A DNA stretch of 63,437 nucleotides, filler included. It is 11 parts of 11 records of this genome, joined end to end, with 100 filler letters (N's around TTAATTAATTAA, not from the genome) between each part and the next. Parts side by side here need not be neighbours in the genome. Positions count along the whole stretch, not along the records: positions 40,417 to 42,599 come from SRR11831585_428; positions 42,700 to 45,784 come from SRR11831585_429; positions 45,885 to 53,503 come from SRR11831585_433; 8 more parts are not named here. One strand, 5' to 3'. The notes beneath the pieces were generated by a model, which saw only the letters and a program-made list of their open reading frames with translations, was not told where the DNA came from and made no database searches. Below, one piece after another: positions 40,317 through 52,916 of the stretch. The position numbers were made by a program, and so were the translations under genes. Position 1 is the stretch's first letter. Each line of letters opens with the position of its first letter.

Positions 40317-41250
40317 NNNNNNNNNNNNNNNNNNNNNNNNNNNNNNNNNNNNNNNNNNNNTTAATTAATTAANNNNNNNNNNNNNNNNNNNNNNNNNNNN
40401 NNNNNNNNNNNNNNNNCCCTCGCGCCCGGGCGCGCATACATTCAGCGATCTGCGCACGGATGGGGCGTTTTCGCAGTCTCGATCGGACAGCAAGTAAAGC
40501 AGCAACCAAACCGATCGCACAGCTAGGCTCCATTAGTTCTGTACGCAGTTTCCTATGACCCGCCTGCGGCCAAGAAGTGGTCTCCTAGTAGCTAGTCCTA
40601 ACCGACTTCACGTCATCTCACGTACACACAGAAACAGACAGGCGCGGTGTCGGTTCATCGACTTGTGCTTGCGTACATAATGCTTCGTTCCCACATATTT
40701 ATGCATCAATATGTTTAGTCGAGAATGATGATGTCGCTTCATTGCCACACAAAACGAGGAGAGATCACCTGAACACTTGAAAAGACCCATAGTCGGTAGG
40801 CACTCCCAATTTGCTACAGAGGTCCGTTACCGTGTTTGGTCGCCTAAGTGTTGCTAATTTTAATAAAACTGATTTTGGCCAAGTAATCCGCTTGAAAATG
40901 TCTTGCTTTCCCATTTCTTGTAAGGATGAGGATGTCACGTTTACCATTGAGCTTTATAGCGGGAGTAGGGACATCATACACGTTGTGCTGCTGATGAGTT
41001 GTATTACACATCGCCGATGAACTAGTTCGTCTAGTTCTCTTGCGCAGCTCACACACCAATTGCACGCGTTTCGATCGATCGATATATAGGAGAATCTCAG
41101 GAGATATAGCGCGAGATGAAGTGACACACAGGGGTGGGAAAATCTGCGTGTGATCGTGCAGCTGTGTTTGCTGCCAATCACACACAGAAACACACCACAC
41201 TTTCACAGTGTTTGCCTCTGTGAACATTCTCTCTCTCCCGTTTTCACACA

Positions 41251-42585
41251 ATGTCGGCTCCCACGCAACTTTTCGGACCCTATCGCGCCACACTCATCCA
41301 GGGCGGCATCATCGTGCGATGGATGGAGTATGGTGAAGGTGTTCCTGTTGTTCTTGTTCACGGCATGGGAACCAGCCCGATGGTTTGGCGTGATGTCGCC
41401 CCCCTGCTCAACAACGTGAAATTGTACGCGTGGGAGATGGTGGGATACGGCGAGTCTATGCATGAGGGAATCAATCGAGATATCTCTGTGTCAAAGCAGG
41501 CGGACTATCTGCTCGCGTGGATGAGGGTATGTGTTGTTTGTGTGACTTCATCTGCAACATGTCTGATCTCGTTGTGTAGGCGATCGGCTTGGATCGTGCG
41601 GTTTTGGGCGGACATGATATTGGTGGCGGTGTTGTTCAGATCGCTGCGACTCGAGAACCTTCCGCCTGTGTGGCGTTGTTTCTGACCAACACCATCTGTG
41701 ATGGCGCGTTCCCGTCGCAGCAGATGCTGTTGTTCAAGCGAATGGGATGGTATGTGTATTTGAATGTTGTTTGATTTGCGCGGGTTTCTCATGCGGTGAT
41801 GGTGGGATTTCGCAGGATCTTGGACAAGATGCCCAATGCAGTTTTCAAGACCGTCTTCAAGAAAATGATGGATCGAACGCATGACACCCAGGAAGCTGCA
41901 GACGCTGCGTTCAACTTGTACTGGCCTCTATACGGCAGCACAGGTACTTCCCCATCCCCGATCCCCGATGCGTCGATTCCTCACGCACCTGTTTTGTGTT
42001 TTGTGCTTGACAGGTGACGCCGTGCGTGCATTCACGCTCCAGGCCAAATCTCTCCGTCGCTCCGATGTGGAAGGCATCTCCGATCGCCTCGCCATGATGC
42101 GTGTGCCCACTCGGATGGTATGGGGCGCCTCGGACGAATGCAACCAGCTGCGGGCCGGTGAACAGCTTGCGACCGAACTGCACGCGCCCATGTATACGCT
42201 CATTACGGGCAGGCATGCGACACCGGAGGATCATCCGGCGGTGGTGGCTGCGGAGATTCTATCGCTGGTGCACTCGGTCAGGCATCACTGCCCACGGTCG
42301 TCGTCGTCACGTTCCGAAACGCCGGCGATTGGTGGGACGGTGCGAGATGCGGAGCACGGTGGGGTGTTCCTGCAGAACCGCACACACACTACTACCACCA
42401 CCAACACCAACACCAACACCACAACAACCAACACCAACACGTCCACCACCAGCCATGATAACAGTCATAGTGTGGTGGAGGCGGGATCGAGTTGCACGGT
42501 GGCGCTGCACTGTGAGATGGCGCGGGAGGAACGGCGCCTGGGGACACGGCCCAACAGCAGCCAGCTGCCCGCGATTGCACGCTGA
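41251..42585 (+). CDS. Alpha/beta hydrolase (Asp nucleophile, epoxide hydrolase/dehalogenase-like); exons 41251-41526, 41580-41749, 41816-41943, 42014-42585
   Basis: VHGMGTS, EMVGYGES, GHDIGG, VWGASD, GRHATPEDHP; three phase-consistent GT-AG introns. Confidence 0.88.
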
Positions 42586-42908
42586 GAGAGAGACGGGATN
42601 NNNNNNNNNNNNNNNNNNNNNNNNNNNNNNNNNNNNNNNNNNNTTAATTAATTAANNNNNNNNNNNNNNNNNNNNNNNNNNNNNNNNNNNNNNNNNNNNG
42701 TGTGTGTGTGTGTGTGTGTATGCGTATGTTTCGCAGACTTAGAGGGTGTGGTGTGTTAGTAGTCTTGCCTGCGTTAGTAGTTTCGGTGACAGTTGCATGC
42801 CTTTACGTATGTTTTGTGTGTGTCTGTTTATGAATGTACAATTGCTGAGAAGAAGGCGTGTGCAAAGTTGAGACACTGCGCATCTTTTTTAATACTTCTG
42901 CGTTGCAG

Positions 42909-44233
42909 GTATCTCGATGACGGTTACGACGTGATTACGTTAATCGCCTCCTGTGGCCTTATGCTCAAACACGAGTGGCCGTTGCTGCTTCCGAGCGATG
43001 AGAATGTTCAAATGCTCGGGAAACGAACATTTGATATCTGCGAATATGTGGTGAACTTGGCTCGCGAGGAAGGGGTATGACTCACTTATCTACATTTTTC
43101 GCGTGTGTGTGGTCGTCATATGTCTGTATATCTGTACAGCAACATGAGCACGATGTCTGTGACTGTTTCGTGCCACGTATGTGTAAGCAAGCGTTTGAGT
43201 TTGTATGTTCTTTCCAGCTGCAGGGTACATGTTGTGTGTTCTTTTTTAAATTTATGTGTGTGCGTGTGTGCGTGTGGTTTTCCATATTAATTCCTCTTCG
43301 TTGTAGGGTCTTGCGCCCGGCATGCAGCCGGTATCCGAGCCTGTGGTGGTGCATCATGCTTGTCATGCGCGTGCGCAGAATATTGGCTTCAAGGTACGGT
43401 TTACGTTTATCGTTGTTGTTGTTTTCACTTTCTCACTGATTGTGTCATGGGCTGCGATTCTGTCGTGAGCCGTGTTGATTGTATGAGTTGGGCCTTATGC
43501 TTGTTTATGTGTGTCTGTGTGTATCTGCTTTGGAGAAATTCCTCAGCTGAAACGGAGCGTTCTGTATCCTCACAGGCAGTGTTTAACGCTTGCATGTATA
43601 ATCACACTCCTTTCACTCACAAAATTCAATTGCAATGTGTGCAGTCGCTGGAAATGTTGAAGTTGGTTCCTCAGCTCAAGCCAACCTTCTCGGAGCGTTG
43701 CTCGGGGCATGGTGGGTCCATTGGCGTGAGTTCCGTATGTTGCTGTTGTTGTCCCTCGTGAACAGAAGAGTGCCCGTGCTAACGTGTGGTTGTGTGCACG
43801 TAAATTGTTGTGTGTGTGCAGGAGTACCACGACACGGCCATCAAGCTATGCAAGCCGGTGGCGTCGCGTGTGAACCGTGTTGCGGAGAAAGGTACGCCAG
43901 GTCCGTGCGTGCTCGATTCTCTTCTGGAAAGTGCGCACAACCAGCTGTTGTCTCGGTTCACAACTGTGAGTTTCCCCCTCCTTGTCGCTCATACTCGTTC
44001 TCGCAGCACAAGGGGACGTGTTGGTGGTGAGCGACTGTCCGCTGGCTGCGAAACACATCGTGCAAGTCGCGGGAGGCTCCCAGCCGCGCAACCACCATCC
44101 CATTGAGATCATGGCCAGTGCGTATGGGCTGCGACCCCTGCCAGCCGCAACAACACACAGGGGAAGCCGTGCGGAGAGGACACGTACGCGAACACAGTCT
44201 GCCGTTGCTGCTACTGCGAGCGGTGTAGCGTGA
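42909..44233 (+). CDS. CCG-domain Fe-S oxidoreductase (GlpC/HdrB-like, RFO-type), C-terminal part; exons 42909-43074, 43307-43393, 43645-43734, 43822-43891, 44007-44233
   Basis: Spliced ASCGLMLKHEWP...FDICEY...HHACHARAQNIG...ERCSGHGG...VSDCPLAAKHI...HPIEIMASAYGL. Confidence 0.85.
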
Positions 44234-44421
44234 GCCATATGGATACGTACAGACTTTCTCCCCTTTATGTTTATAACAGATAAAACGAGACACTGAGTCG
44301 AATAAACGAGCCATCCTGACTAACAACTAACCTAGCAGCCCTCGCGCAAACGAGTGCCATCCCAAAACTTACAACTTAACCAGCAGCCTTCTCCCTTACA
44401 TCCTTCTCTTACACTCACTCT

Positions 44422-44721
44422 CTATGGCTTGAATGCGGTTCCATCTGCACTCGGCCTTTTCACGGACACTGCATGAAACCACCCAATTGCAGACCCGTTG
44501 AACGTAATAACGACCTTCTTCGTTCCGAGCGAACTCAACGTGGAAGATGGCTTCACCGGGTTGGACTTGGCGGCCGATTCGCCATCAACAGCATACACGA
44601 GATGTATCCTCACCTTATCGGGCACCTTCATCACACTCTTTACAAAATCTTGCAGTGCATCCTCTGCGTTCACATCGACAACGCTCTCAGCCTGCACTCC
44701 ATATTGCCACCGCACCAGCAT
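44422..44721 (-). CDS. Small hypothetical protein (99 aa, possibly ubiquitin-like beta-grasp)
   Basis: MLVRWQYGVQ... ORF with protein-like composition, fits between flanking genes. Confidence 0.45.
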   Translation of the reverse strand: MLVRWQYGVQAESVVDVNAEDALQDFVKSVMKVPDKVRIHLVYAVDGESAAKSNPVKPSSTLSSLGTKKVVITFNGSAIGWFHAVSVKRPSADGTAFKP

Positions 44722-45048
44722 TTCCCCGCTACACGCAACCACCACCACTCCCAGCAGCCTTGCAGATAAGCCACAGCCCGCGCGGCCCACACAGAAATTC
44801 GTTGCCCCGCATATTTCGTACACACAGCGTGTCTGGTAAAGCACACAGCGATCGAGTTGATCGAAGGCCGCGATCGCCCGATCCGGGAAAAACGAATACG
44901 TCAGCACGCATTCGCAGCAAACACAGCTTCTGCACCGTGGAGCAAAACAGCGTATCTTGTCCCCGCATCGCGCTGGATGCCGCTGGTGGTGTGTTTCGGA
45001 CGCAGATAATTGTGTGGAGCTCATAGCTCGGTTATTGTTCCCTTTCGC

Positions 45049-45779
45049 ATGATGGCCCCGCTGTCGCAGCTGGCCGTGACCGAGCAGCCCGTCGGCTACG
45101 TGGAGCGTGAAACGAGAGAATGGAGGAACAAGCTGCGGTCTTTGCTGCTCAAGCTGATGTTCTTTCAGTATTTACCACTGCTGGTGTTGGCGTACATTTA
45201 CGCAGGCCCCGATTTTCCCTTCCGGACATTTCTCGCGTCCTGGTTTGCTTGCGTCGTTTCGTTCAGCTCCCCTCTTCCCGCTGAGTCAGCTTTTATTCTG
45301 GCGAATCTTTCGCTGACAATTATCATGTTTTACATGGGCTATACTTCGACTGGCATATTTGCTCTCGCCAGCTTCCATACGTCCCTTACTCCGATTTTCT
45401 CCGCGGTTACGGGCGGTCGCTTGGCCTCATTCATGGGGACTGTGCAAATGGTGTTGATATACGTGGTCTTCGCGTACCTGCATCAGCACTCTATGATCCC
45501 TCCCGCCACCATCACAATTCTTGGTGTCGCCCCGATATATTGGGCGTCAAACGTGATCATGAACGTGACAATGTATGTGCGATTTCCGTTGTTGGCCCGC
45601 ACTTATTATAACGCACTCACTCCTATGTTGCGCTATTTGTAGATACCCGTACTGTGTCAATCGATTGCTGAAGCCGTTGTTGGATTTGCGAGAGCAGACG
45701 CGCCGAAGACGCAAGGCGACGGACGAATTGTTTAAAGCTAATCGCCATATTCAACAATCACTGGCACGCTACTCTCATG
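45049..45779 (+). CDS. Membrane sensor histidine kinase, N-terminal part; exons 45049-45572, 45643-45779
   Basis: Several TM helices, then charged helix and ANRHIQQSLARYSH resembling the HisKA H-box ANxAKSxFLAxMSHE; ends at GTATG donor. Confidence 0.62.
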
Positions 45780-45884
45780 GTATGNNNNNNNNNNNNNNNN
45801 NNNNNNNNNNNNNNNNNNNNNNNNNNNNTTAATTAATTAANNNNNNNNNNNNNNNNNNNNNNNNNNNNNNNNNNNNNNNNNNNN

Positions 45885-45912
45885 GGATAAGGCGTTCACG
45901 CCGCATCCGGCA
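45885..45912. repeat. REP element at contig edge
   Basis: GGATAAGGCGTTCACGCCGCATCCGGCA. Confidence 0.85.
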
Positions 45913-45917
45913 AGTGG

Positions 45918-47090
<1,173 letters not shown>

Positions 47091-49280
47091 TTAAGCCGTT
47101 TTCAGGTCGCCAACCGGACGGGCTGGCTCAACCGGAGGATAGTACGGTTCGTTATGACGCGCTTTATTACGCAGACCTTCCGGCACTTCATACAGCGGGC
47201 CGAGGTGCTGATATTGCTGTGCCATATCGAGGTATTTTGCGCTACCGAGGGTGTCCAGCCAGCGGAACGCGCCGCCGTGGAACGGAGGGAAGCCCAGGCC
47301 GTAGACCAGCGCCATATCCGCTTCCGCCGGAGTGGCGATAATGCCTTCCTCCAGACAGCGCACCACTTCGTTGACCATCGGGATCATCATGCGGGCGATA
47401 ATCTCTTCTTCGCTGAAATCGCGCTTCGGCTGGCTCACTTCTGCCAGCAGGTCTTCAACGGCGGCGTCTTCTTCTTTCTTCGGCTTACCTTTGCTGTCTT
47501 CTTTATAACGCCAGAAACCGAGGCCGTTCTTCTGACCAAAGCGGTTGGCATCAAACAGCGCGTCGATGGCATCGCGGTAATCTTTCTGCATCCGCTGCGG
47601 GAAGCCTGCTGCCATGACAGCCTGAGCGTGATGCGCGGTATCAATGCCCACAACGTCCAGCAGATATGCCGGGCCCATCGGCCAGCCAAACTGTTTTTCC
47701 ATCACTTTGTCGATCTTGCGGAAATCCGCGCCGTCGCGCAGCAGCTGGCTGAAACCGGCGAAATACGGGAACAGCACGCGGTTAACAAAGAAGCCGGGGC
47801 AGTCGTTAACCACAATCGGCGTCTTGCCCATCTTGCTCGCCCAGGCGACAACTTTCGCGATGGTTTCGTCGGAGCTTTTCTCGCCGCGAATAATTTCTAC
47901 CAACGGCATTCGGTGGACCGGGTTAAAGAAGTGCATCCCGCAGAAGTTTTCCGGGCGTTCCAGCGCGTTGGCCAGTTCGCTGATAGGAATGGTTGAAGTG
48001 TTAGACGCCAGCACGGTATCCTGGCGTACTTTTTGTTCGGTTTCTGCCAGTACGGCTTTTTTCACTTTCGGGTTTTCAACAACCGCTTCTACCACAATAT
48101 CCACGCGGTCAAATCCGGCGTAGTCGAGCGTTGGGTGGATTGTGGAGATCACGCCAGCCAGTTTCAGACCATCGATCTTGCCGCGCTCAAGCTGCTTGTT
48201 CAGCAGTTTCGCGGCTTCGGTCATGCCGAGGGTTAACGACTTGTCGTTGATATCTTTCATGACAACCGGCACGCCTTTCCACGCAGACTGGTAAGCGATG
48301 CCGCCGCCCATAATGCCTGCACCCAGCACCGCGGCCTGTTTCGGGGTTTCAACGTCTTTGGTGAGTTTCTTCGCTTTGCCTTTTACATATTGATCGTTAA
48401 GGAAAATGCCGACCAGTGCGCGGGCTTCGTTGGTATGCGCCAGCGGGACAAAACTTTTGTTTTCCAGGTTTAAGGCTTCTTCACGACCAAAACGGGCCGC
48501 AGCTTCAATGGTTTTTACTGCGGTGATGGGGGCCGGATAATGTTTCCCCGCTGTTTGTGCGACCATCCCTTTAGCGATGGTGAAGCTCATGGTGGCTTCA
48601 ATCTTGCTCAGTTTTAGTGGTTCCAGCTTCGGCTGACGTTTTGCTTTCCAGTCGAGGTCGCCGTTAATGGCCTGGCGTAAAACCGCCTTTGCGCCTTCAA
48701 CCAGTTTTTCTGCTTTGACTACGCCATCCACCAGACCGATTTTCAGCGCCTGATCCGCGCCGACATCTTTACCGGCGGCAATGATTTCCAGCGCACTGTC
48801 AGCGCCCAGCATACGTGGCATACGTACAGAACCGCCAAAGCCAGGCATGATGCCCAGTTTGGTTTCCGGCAGACCGATGCGCAGATCCGGCGTCGCCAGA
48901 CGATAATCGGTCGCCAGCACGCATTCGCAGCCACCGCCCAGCGCATAGCCATTGACGGCAGCAATGGTCGGCACCGGCAGATCTTCCAGGCGATTAAACA
49001 CGCTATTGGCAAAGTGCAGCCACTGACTTAACTGTTCTTCAGGAACGAGGAACAGGGACAAAAATTCGGTGATATCAGCACCGACGATAAAGGCTGCTTT
49101 GTTCGAACGCAGCAGCAGCCCTTTTAGATCTGATTGCTGTTCCAGCACGCCGATGGCCTCGCCGAGGCTGGCGACGGTCGCAGTGTCGAGTTTATTAACT
49201 GAACCTGGGGCATCAAATACCAGTTCGGCAATGCCATCTTCCAGCCAGTCAAGGTACAGGGTGTCGCCTTTGTAAAGCAT
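47091..49280 (-). CDS. fadB: Fatty acid oxidation complex alpha subunit
   Basis: 729 aa from MLYKGDT; crotonase plus 3-hydroxyacyl-CoA dehydrogenase domains. Confidence 0.98.
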   Translation of the reverse strand: MLYKGDTLYLDWLEDGIAELVFDAPGSVNKLDTATVASLGEAIGVLEQQSDLKGLLLRSNKAAFIVGADITEFLSLFLVPEEQLSQWLHFANSVFNRLEDLPVPTIAAVNGYALGGGCECVLATDYRLATPDLRIGLPETKLGIMPGFGGSVRMPRMLGADSALEIIAAGKDVGADQALKIGLVDGVVKAEKLVEGAKAVLRQAINGDLDWKAKRQPKLEPLKLSKIEATMSFTIAKGMVAQTAGKHYPAPITAVKTIEAAARFGREEALNLENKSFVPLAHTNEARALVGIFLNDQYVKGKAKKLTKDVETPKQAAVLGAGIMGGGIAYQSAWKGVPVVMKDINDKSLTLGMTEAAKLLNKQLERGKIDGLKLAGVISTIHPTLDYAGFDRVDIVVEAVVENPKVKKAVLAETEQKVRQDTVLASNTSTIPISELANALERPENFCGMHFFNPVHRMPLVEIIRGEKSSDETIAKVVAWASKMGKTPIVVNDCPGFFVNRVLFPYFAGFSQLLRDGADFRKIDKVMEKQFGWPMGPAYLLDVVGIDTAHHAQAVMAAGFPQRMQKDYRDAIDALFDANRFGQKNGLGFWRYKEDSKGKPKKEEDAAVEDLLAEVSQPKRDFSEEEIIARMMIPMVNEVVRCLEEGIIATPAEADMALVYGLGFPPFHGGAFRWLDTLGSAKYLDMAQQYQHLGPLYEVPEGLRNKARHNEPYYPPVEPARPVGDLKTA

Positions 49281-49305
49281 GTCAGTCTCCTGAATCCGCA
49301 AGGTG

Positions 49306-49322
49306 ATCTGGTCGTACCAGAT
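49306..49322. promoter_or_regulatory. FadR operator
   Basis: ATCTGGTCGTACCAGAT 17-bp palindrome upstream of fadB. Confidence 0.92.
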
Positions 49323-49469
49323 GAGTCGAAGTGTGTATTTTGTGTTAAAAATATGCAAACAAAAGATTAAAGAAATGCCGATCTGATCACGCTCGGCAGA
49401 AATCACGCTCTGGATGAACGATGTGCTAAGATGCGGAGACTTAAGGTCAAAAAAACAGAAGGGTAAAAA

Positions 49470-50801
49470 ATGGAATCACTGGCCTCGCTCTATAAAAATC
49501 ATATAGCTACCTTACAAGAACGGACTCGCGATGCGCTGGCGCGCTTCAAGCTGGATGCGTTACTTATTCACTCCGGCGAGCTGTTCAATGTTTTTCTCGA
49601 CGATCATCCCTATCCGTTTAAAGTGAACCCGCAATTCAAAGCGTGGGTGCCGGTAACTCAGGTGCCAAACTGCTGGTTGCTGGTGGATGGCGTGAACAAG
49701 CCGAAACTGTGGTTCTATCTGCCGGTTGATTACTGGCACAACGTCGAACCGCTGCCGACCTCTTTCTGGACTGAAGATGTGGAAGTGATCGCGCTGCCGA
49801 AAGCCGATGGCATTGGTAGCCTGCTGCCTGCTGCGCGCGGCAATATCGGTTATATCGGTCCGGTGCCGGAACGTGCGCTGCAACTGGGTATTGAGGCCAG
49901 CAACATCAACCCGAAAGGGGTTATCGACTACCTGCATTACTATCGCTCCTTCAAAACTGAGTACGAACTGGCCTGTATGCGTGAAGCGCAGAAAATGGCG
50001 GTCAACGGTCACCGCGCGGCAGAAGAAGCGTTCCGTTCTGGCATGAGCGAGTTCGATATCAACATTGCCTATCTGACCGCGACCGGTCATCGTGATACCG
50101 ACGTACCTTACAGCAACATTGTGGCGCTTAACGAACACGCTGCGGTACTGCATTACACCAAACTGGACCATCAGGCACCGGAAGAGATGCGCAGCTTCCT
50201 GCTGGATGCCGGGGCAGAATATAACGGCTATGCGGCTGACCTGACCCGTACCTGGTCGGCAAAAAGTGACAACGACTACGCGCAGCTGGTGAAGGACGTT
50301 AATGATGAACAACTGGCGCTGATCGCCACCATGAAAGCAGGCGTCAGCTATGTGGATTACCACATCCAGTTCCATCAGCGCATCGCCAAACTGCTGCGTA
50401 AACATCAAATCATCACCGATATGAGTGAAGAAGCGATGGTCGAAAACGATCTTACCGGGCCGTTTATGCCGCATGGTATCGGCCATCCGCTGGGCCTGCA
50501 GGTGCATGACGTCGCTGGTTTTATGCAGGATGATAGCGGTACGCACCTCGCGGCACCGGCAAAATATCCGTACCTGCGCTGCACCCGTATTCTCCAGCCG
50601 GGCATGGTGTTAACCATCGAACCGGGTATCTACTTCATCGAATCGCTACTGGCACCGTGGCGTGAAGGGCAGTTCAGCAAGCACTTCAACTGGCAGAAAA
50701 TTGAAGCACTGAAACCGTTCGGCGGCATTCGTATCGAAGACAACGTGGTGATCCACGAAAACAACGTGGAAAACATGACCCGGGATCTGAAACTGGCGTG
50801 A
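49470..50801 (+). CDS. pepQ: Xaa-Pro dipeptidase
   Basis: M24 motifs HGIGH, TIEPG, IRIED. Confidence 0.97.
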
Positions 50802-51415
50802 TGGAAAGCTGGTTAATTCCTGCGGCACCGGTCACGGTCGTTGAAGAGATCAAAAAGAGCCGCTTCATAACGATGTTGGCGCATACCGATGGCGTTGAGG
50901 CGGCGAAAGCGTTTGTTGAATCGGTGCGGGCAGAACACCCCGATGCCCGGCACCATTGCGTGGCGTGGGTCGCGGGTGCGCCGGATGATTCTCAACAGCT
51001 GGGTTTCTCTGACGACGGGGAGCCGGCGGGAACGGCAGGTAAACCGATGCTCGCCCAGCTAATGGGCAGCGGCGTCGGGGAAATTACCGCTGTGGTAGTG
51101 CGCTACTACGGCGGCATATTGCTTGGCACCGGTGGGTTAGTGAAAGCGTATGGCGGCGGCGTGAATCAGGCGCTGCGCCAGCTAACGACCCAACGCAAGA
51201 CGCCATTAACCGAATATACTTTGCAATGTGAATATCATCAGTTAACCGGCATTGAAGCGTTGCTGGGGCAGTGTGACGGCAAAATTATCAACAGTGATTA
51301 TCAGGCATTCGTTCTGCTGCGGGTGGCGCTTCCGGCGGCGAAAGTGGCTGAATTTTCCGCAAAGCTGGCGGATTTTAGCCGTGGTTCATTGCAATTGTTA
51401 GCGATTGAAGAATAA
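50801..51415 (+). CDS. yigZ: IMPACT family protein
   Basis: SDDGEPAGTAG, RYYGGILLG. Confidence 0.96.
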   Translation: MESWLIPAAPVTVVEEIKKSRFITMLAHTDGVEAAKAFVESVRAEHPDARHHCVAWVAGAPDDSQQLGFSDDGEPAGTAGKPMLAQLMGSGVGEITAVVVRYYGGILLGTGGLVKAYGGGVNQALRQLTTQRKTPLTEYTLQCEYHQLTGIEALLGQCDGKIINSDYQAFVLLRVALPAAKVAEFSAKLADFSRGSLQLLAIEE

Positions 51416-51453
51416 TCCCCACTTCGTTTTGCAGAACTAAGGAAGCGGCAGAG

Positions 51454-52905
51454 ATGCATTTTCGCGCCATTACCCGAATCGTTGGACTACTGGTCATCTT
51501 ATTTTCAGGGACCATGATTATCCCTGGGCTGGTAGCACTCATCTACCGGGATGGAGCGGGCCGCGCTTTTACCCAGACCTTTTTTGTCGCCCTCGCCATT
51601 GGCTCTATGCTGTGGTGGCCGAACCGCAAAGAGAAAGGCGAACTTAAATCCCGTGAGGGGTTTCTGATAGTGGTGCTGTTCTGGACCGTGCTGGGTAGCG
51701 TCGGTGCGCTCCCTTTTATCTTCTCGGAAAGCCCGAACCTCACGATTACCGATGCGTTTTTTGAATCTTTCTCTGGCCTGACCACTACGGGAGCCACTAC
51801 GCTGGTGGGGCTGGATTCGCTCCCTCACGCCATCCTCTTTTATCGCCAGATGCTGCAATGGTTTGGCGGGATGGGGATCATCGTGTTGGCGGTTGCGATA
51901 CTGCCTATCCTCGGCGTGGGTGGGATGCAGCTCTATCGCGCAGAAATGCCCGGCCCGCTGAAAGATAACAAAATGCGCCCGCGAATTGCGGAAACGGCGA
52001 AAACCCTGTGGTTGATTTATGTCTTGCTGACCGTCGCCTGTGCGCTGGCGTTGTGGTTTGCCGGAATGGATGCCTTTGATGCCATCGGCCATAGCTTTGC
52101 GACTATCGCTATTGGCGGCTTCTCGACACATGATGCCAGTATCGGTTATTTCGATAGCCCGACTATTAACACTATCATTGCTATCTTCCTGCTGATCTCC
52201 GGCTGTAACTACGGTCTGCACTTTTCACTGTTAAGTGGGCGTAGTCTGAAGGTTTATTGGCGCGATCCGGAATTTCGCATGTTTATCGGCGTACAGTTTA
52301 CGCTGGTGGTTATTTGTACCCTCGTACTGTGGTTTCATAATGTCTACAGTTCGGCGCTGATGACAATTAACCAGGCGTTTTTCCAGGTGGTGTCGATGGC
52401 GACAACCGCCGGGTTTACAACTGACAGCATTGCCCGCTGGCCGCTCTTTTTGCCGGTACTGCTTTTATGTTCAGCCTTTATCGGCGGTTGCGCCGGGTCA
52501 ACGGGCGGTGGCCTGAAGGTGATCCGCATCCTGCTGCTGTTTAAGCAGGGGAACCGTGAGCTGAAACGACTGGTGCATCCGAACGCCGTCTATAGCATTA
52601 AGCTGGGGAATCGCGCACTGCCGGAACGTATCCTCGAAGCCGTTTGGGGATTTTTCTCCGCCTATGCATTGGTGTTTATTGTCAGTATGCTGGCGATTAT
52701 CGCCACGGGCGTGGATGACTTTTCTGCCTTTGCGTCGGTTGTTGCGACATTGAATAACCTGGGGCCAGGGCTTGGCGTGGTTGCTGATAACTTTACCAGT
52801 ATGAACCCGGTGGCTAAATGGATCCTGATTGCCAACATGCTGTTTGGTCGTCTCGAGGTCTTTACATTGCTGGTGCTCTTTACCCCGACTTTCTGGCGTG
52901 AATGA
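51454..52905 (+). CDS. trkH: Trk potassium transporter
   Basis: Pore motifs TTTG, AIGG, TTAG, NNLG. Confidence 0.97.
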   Translation: MHFRAITRIVGLLVILFSGTMIIPGLVALIYRDGAGRAFTQTFFVALAIGSMLWWPNRKEKGELKSREGFLIVVLFWTVLGSVGALPFIFSESPNLTITDAFFESFSGLTTTGATTLVGLDSLPHAILFYRQMLQWFGGMGIIVLAVAILPILGVGGMQLYRAEMPGPLKDNKMRPRIAETAKTLWLIYVLLTVACALALWFAGMDAFDAIGHSFATIAIGGFSTHDASIGYFDSPTINTIIAIFLLISGCNYGLHFSLLSGRSLKVYWRDPEFRMFIGVQFTLVVICTLVLWFHNVYSSALMTINQAFFQVVSMATTAGFTTDSIARWPLFLPVLLLCSAFIGGCAGSTGGGLKVIRILLLFKQGNRELKRLVHPNAVYSIKLGNRALPERILEAVWGFFSAYALVFIVSMLAIIATGVDDFSAFASVVATLNNLGPGLGVVADNFTSMNPVAKWILIANMLFGRLEVFTLLVLFTPTFWRE

Positions 52906-52916
52906 TGGAGTAATAC

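Noticed and set aside
40417-41250. Short ORFs and palindromes (GAACTAGTTC, TCGATCGATCGA) upstream of the hydrolase
   Set aside because: No recognisable product or motif; too short to exceed chance.
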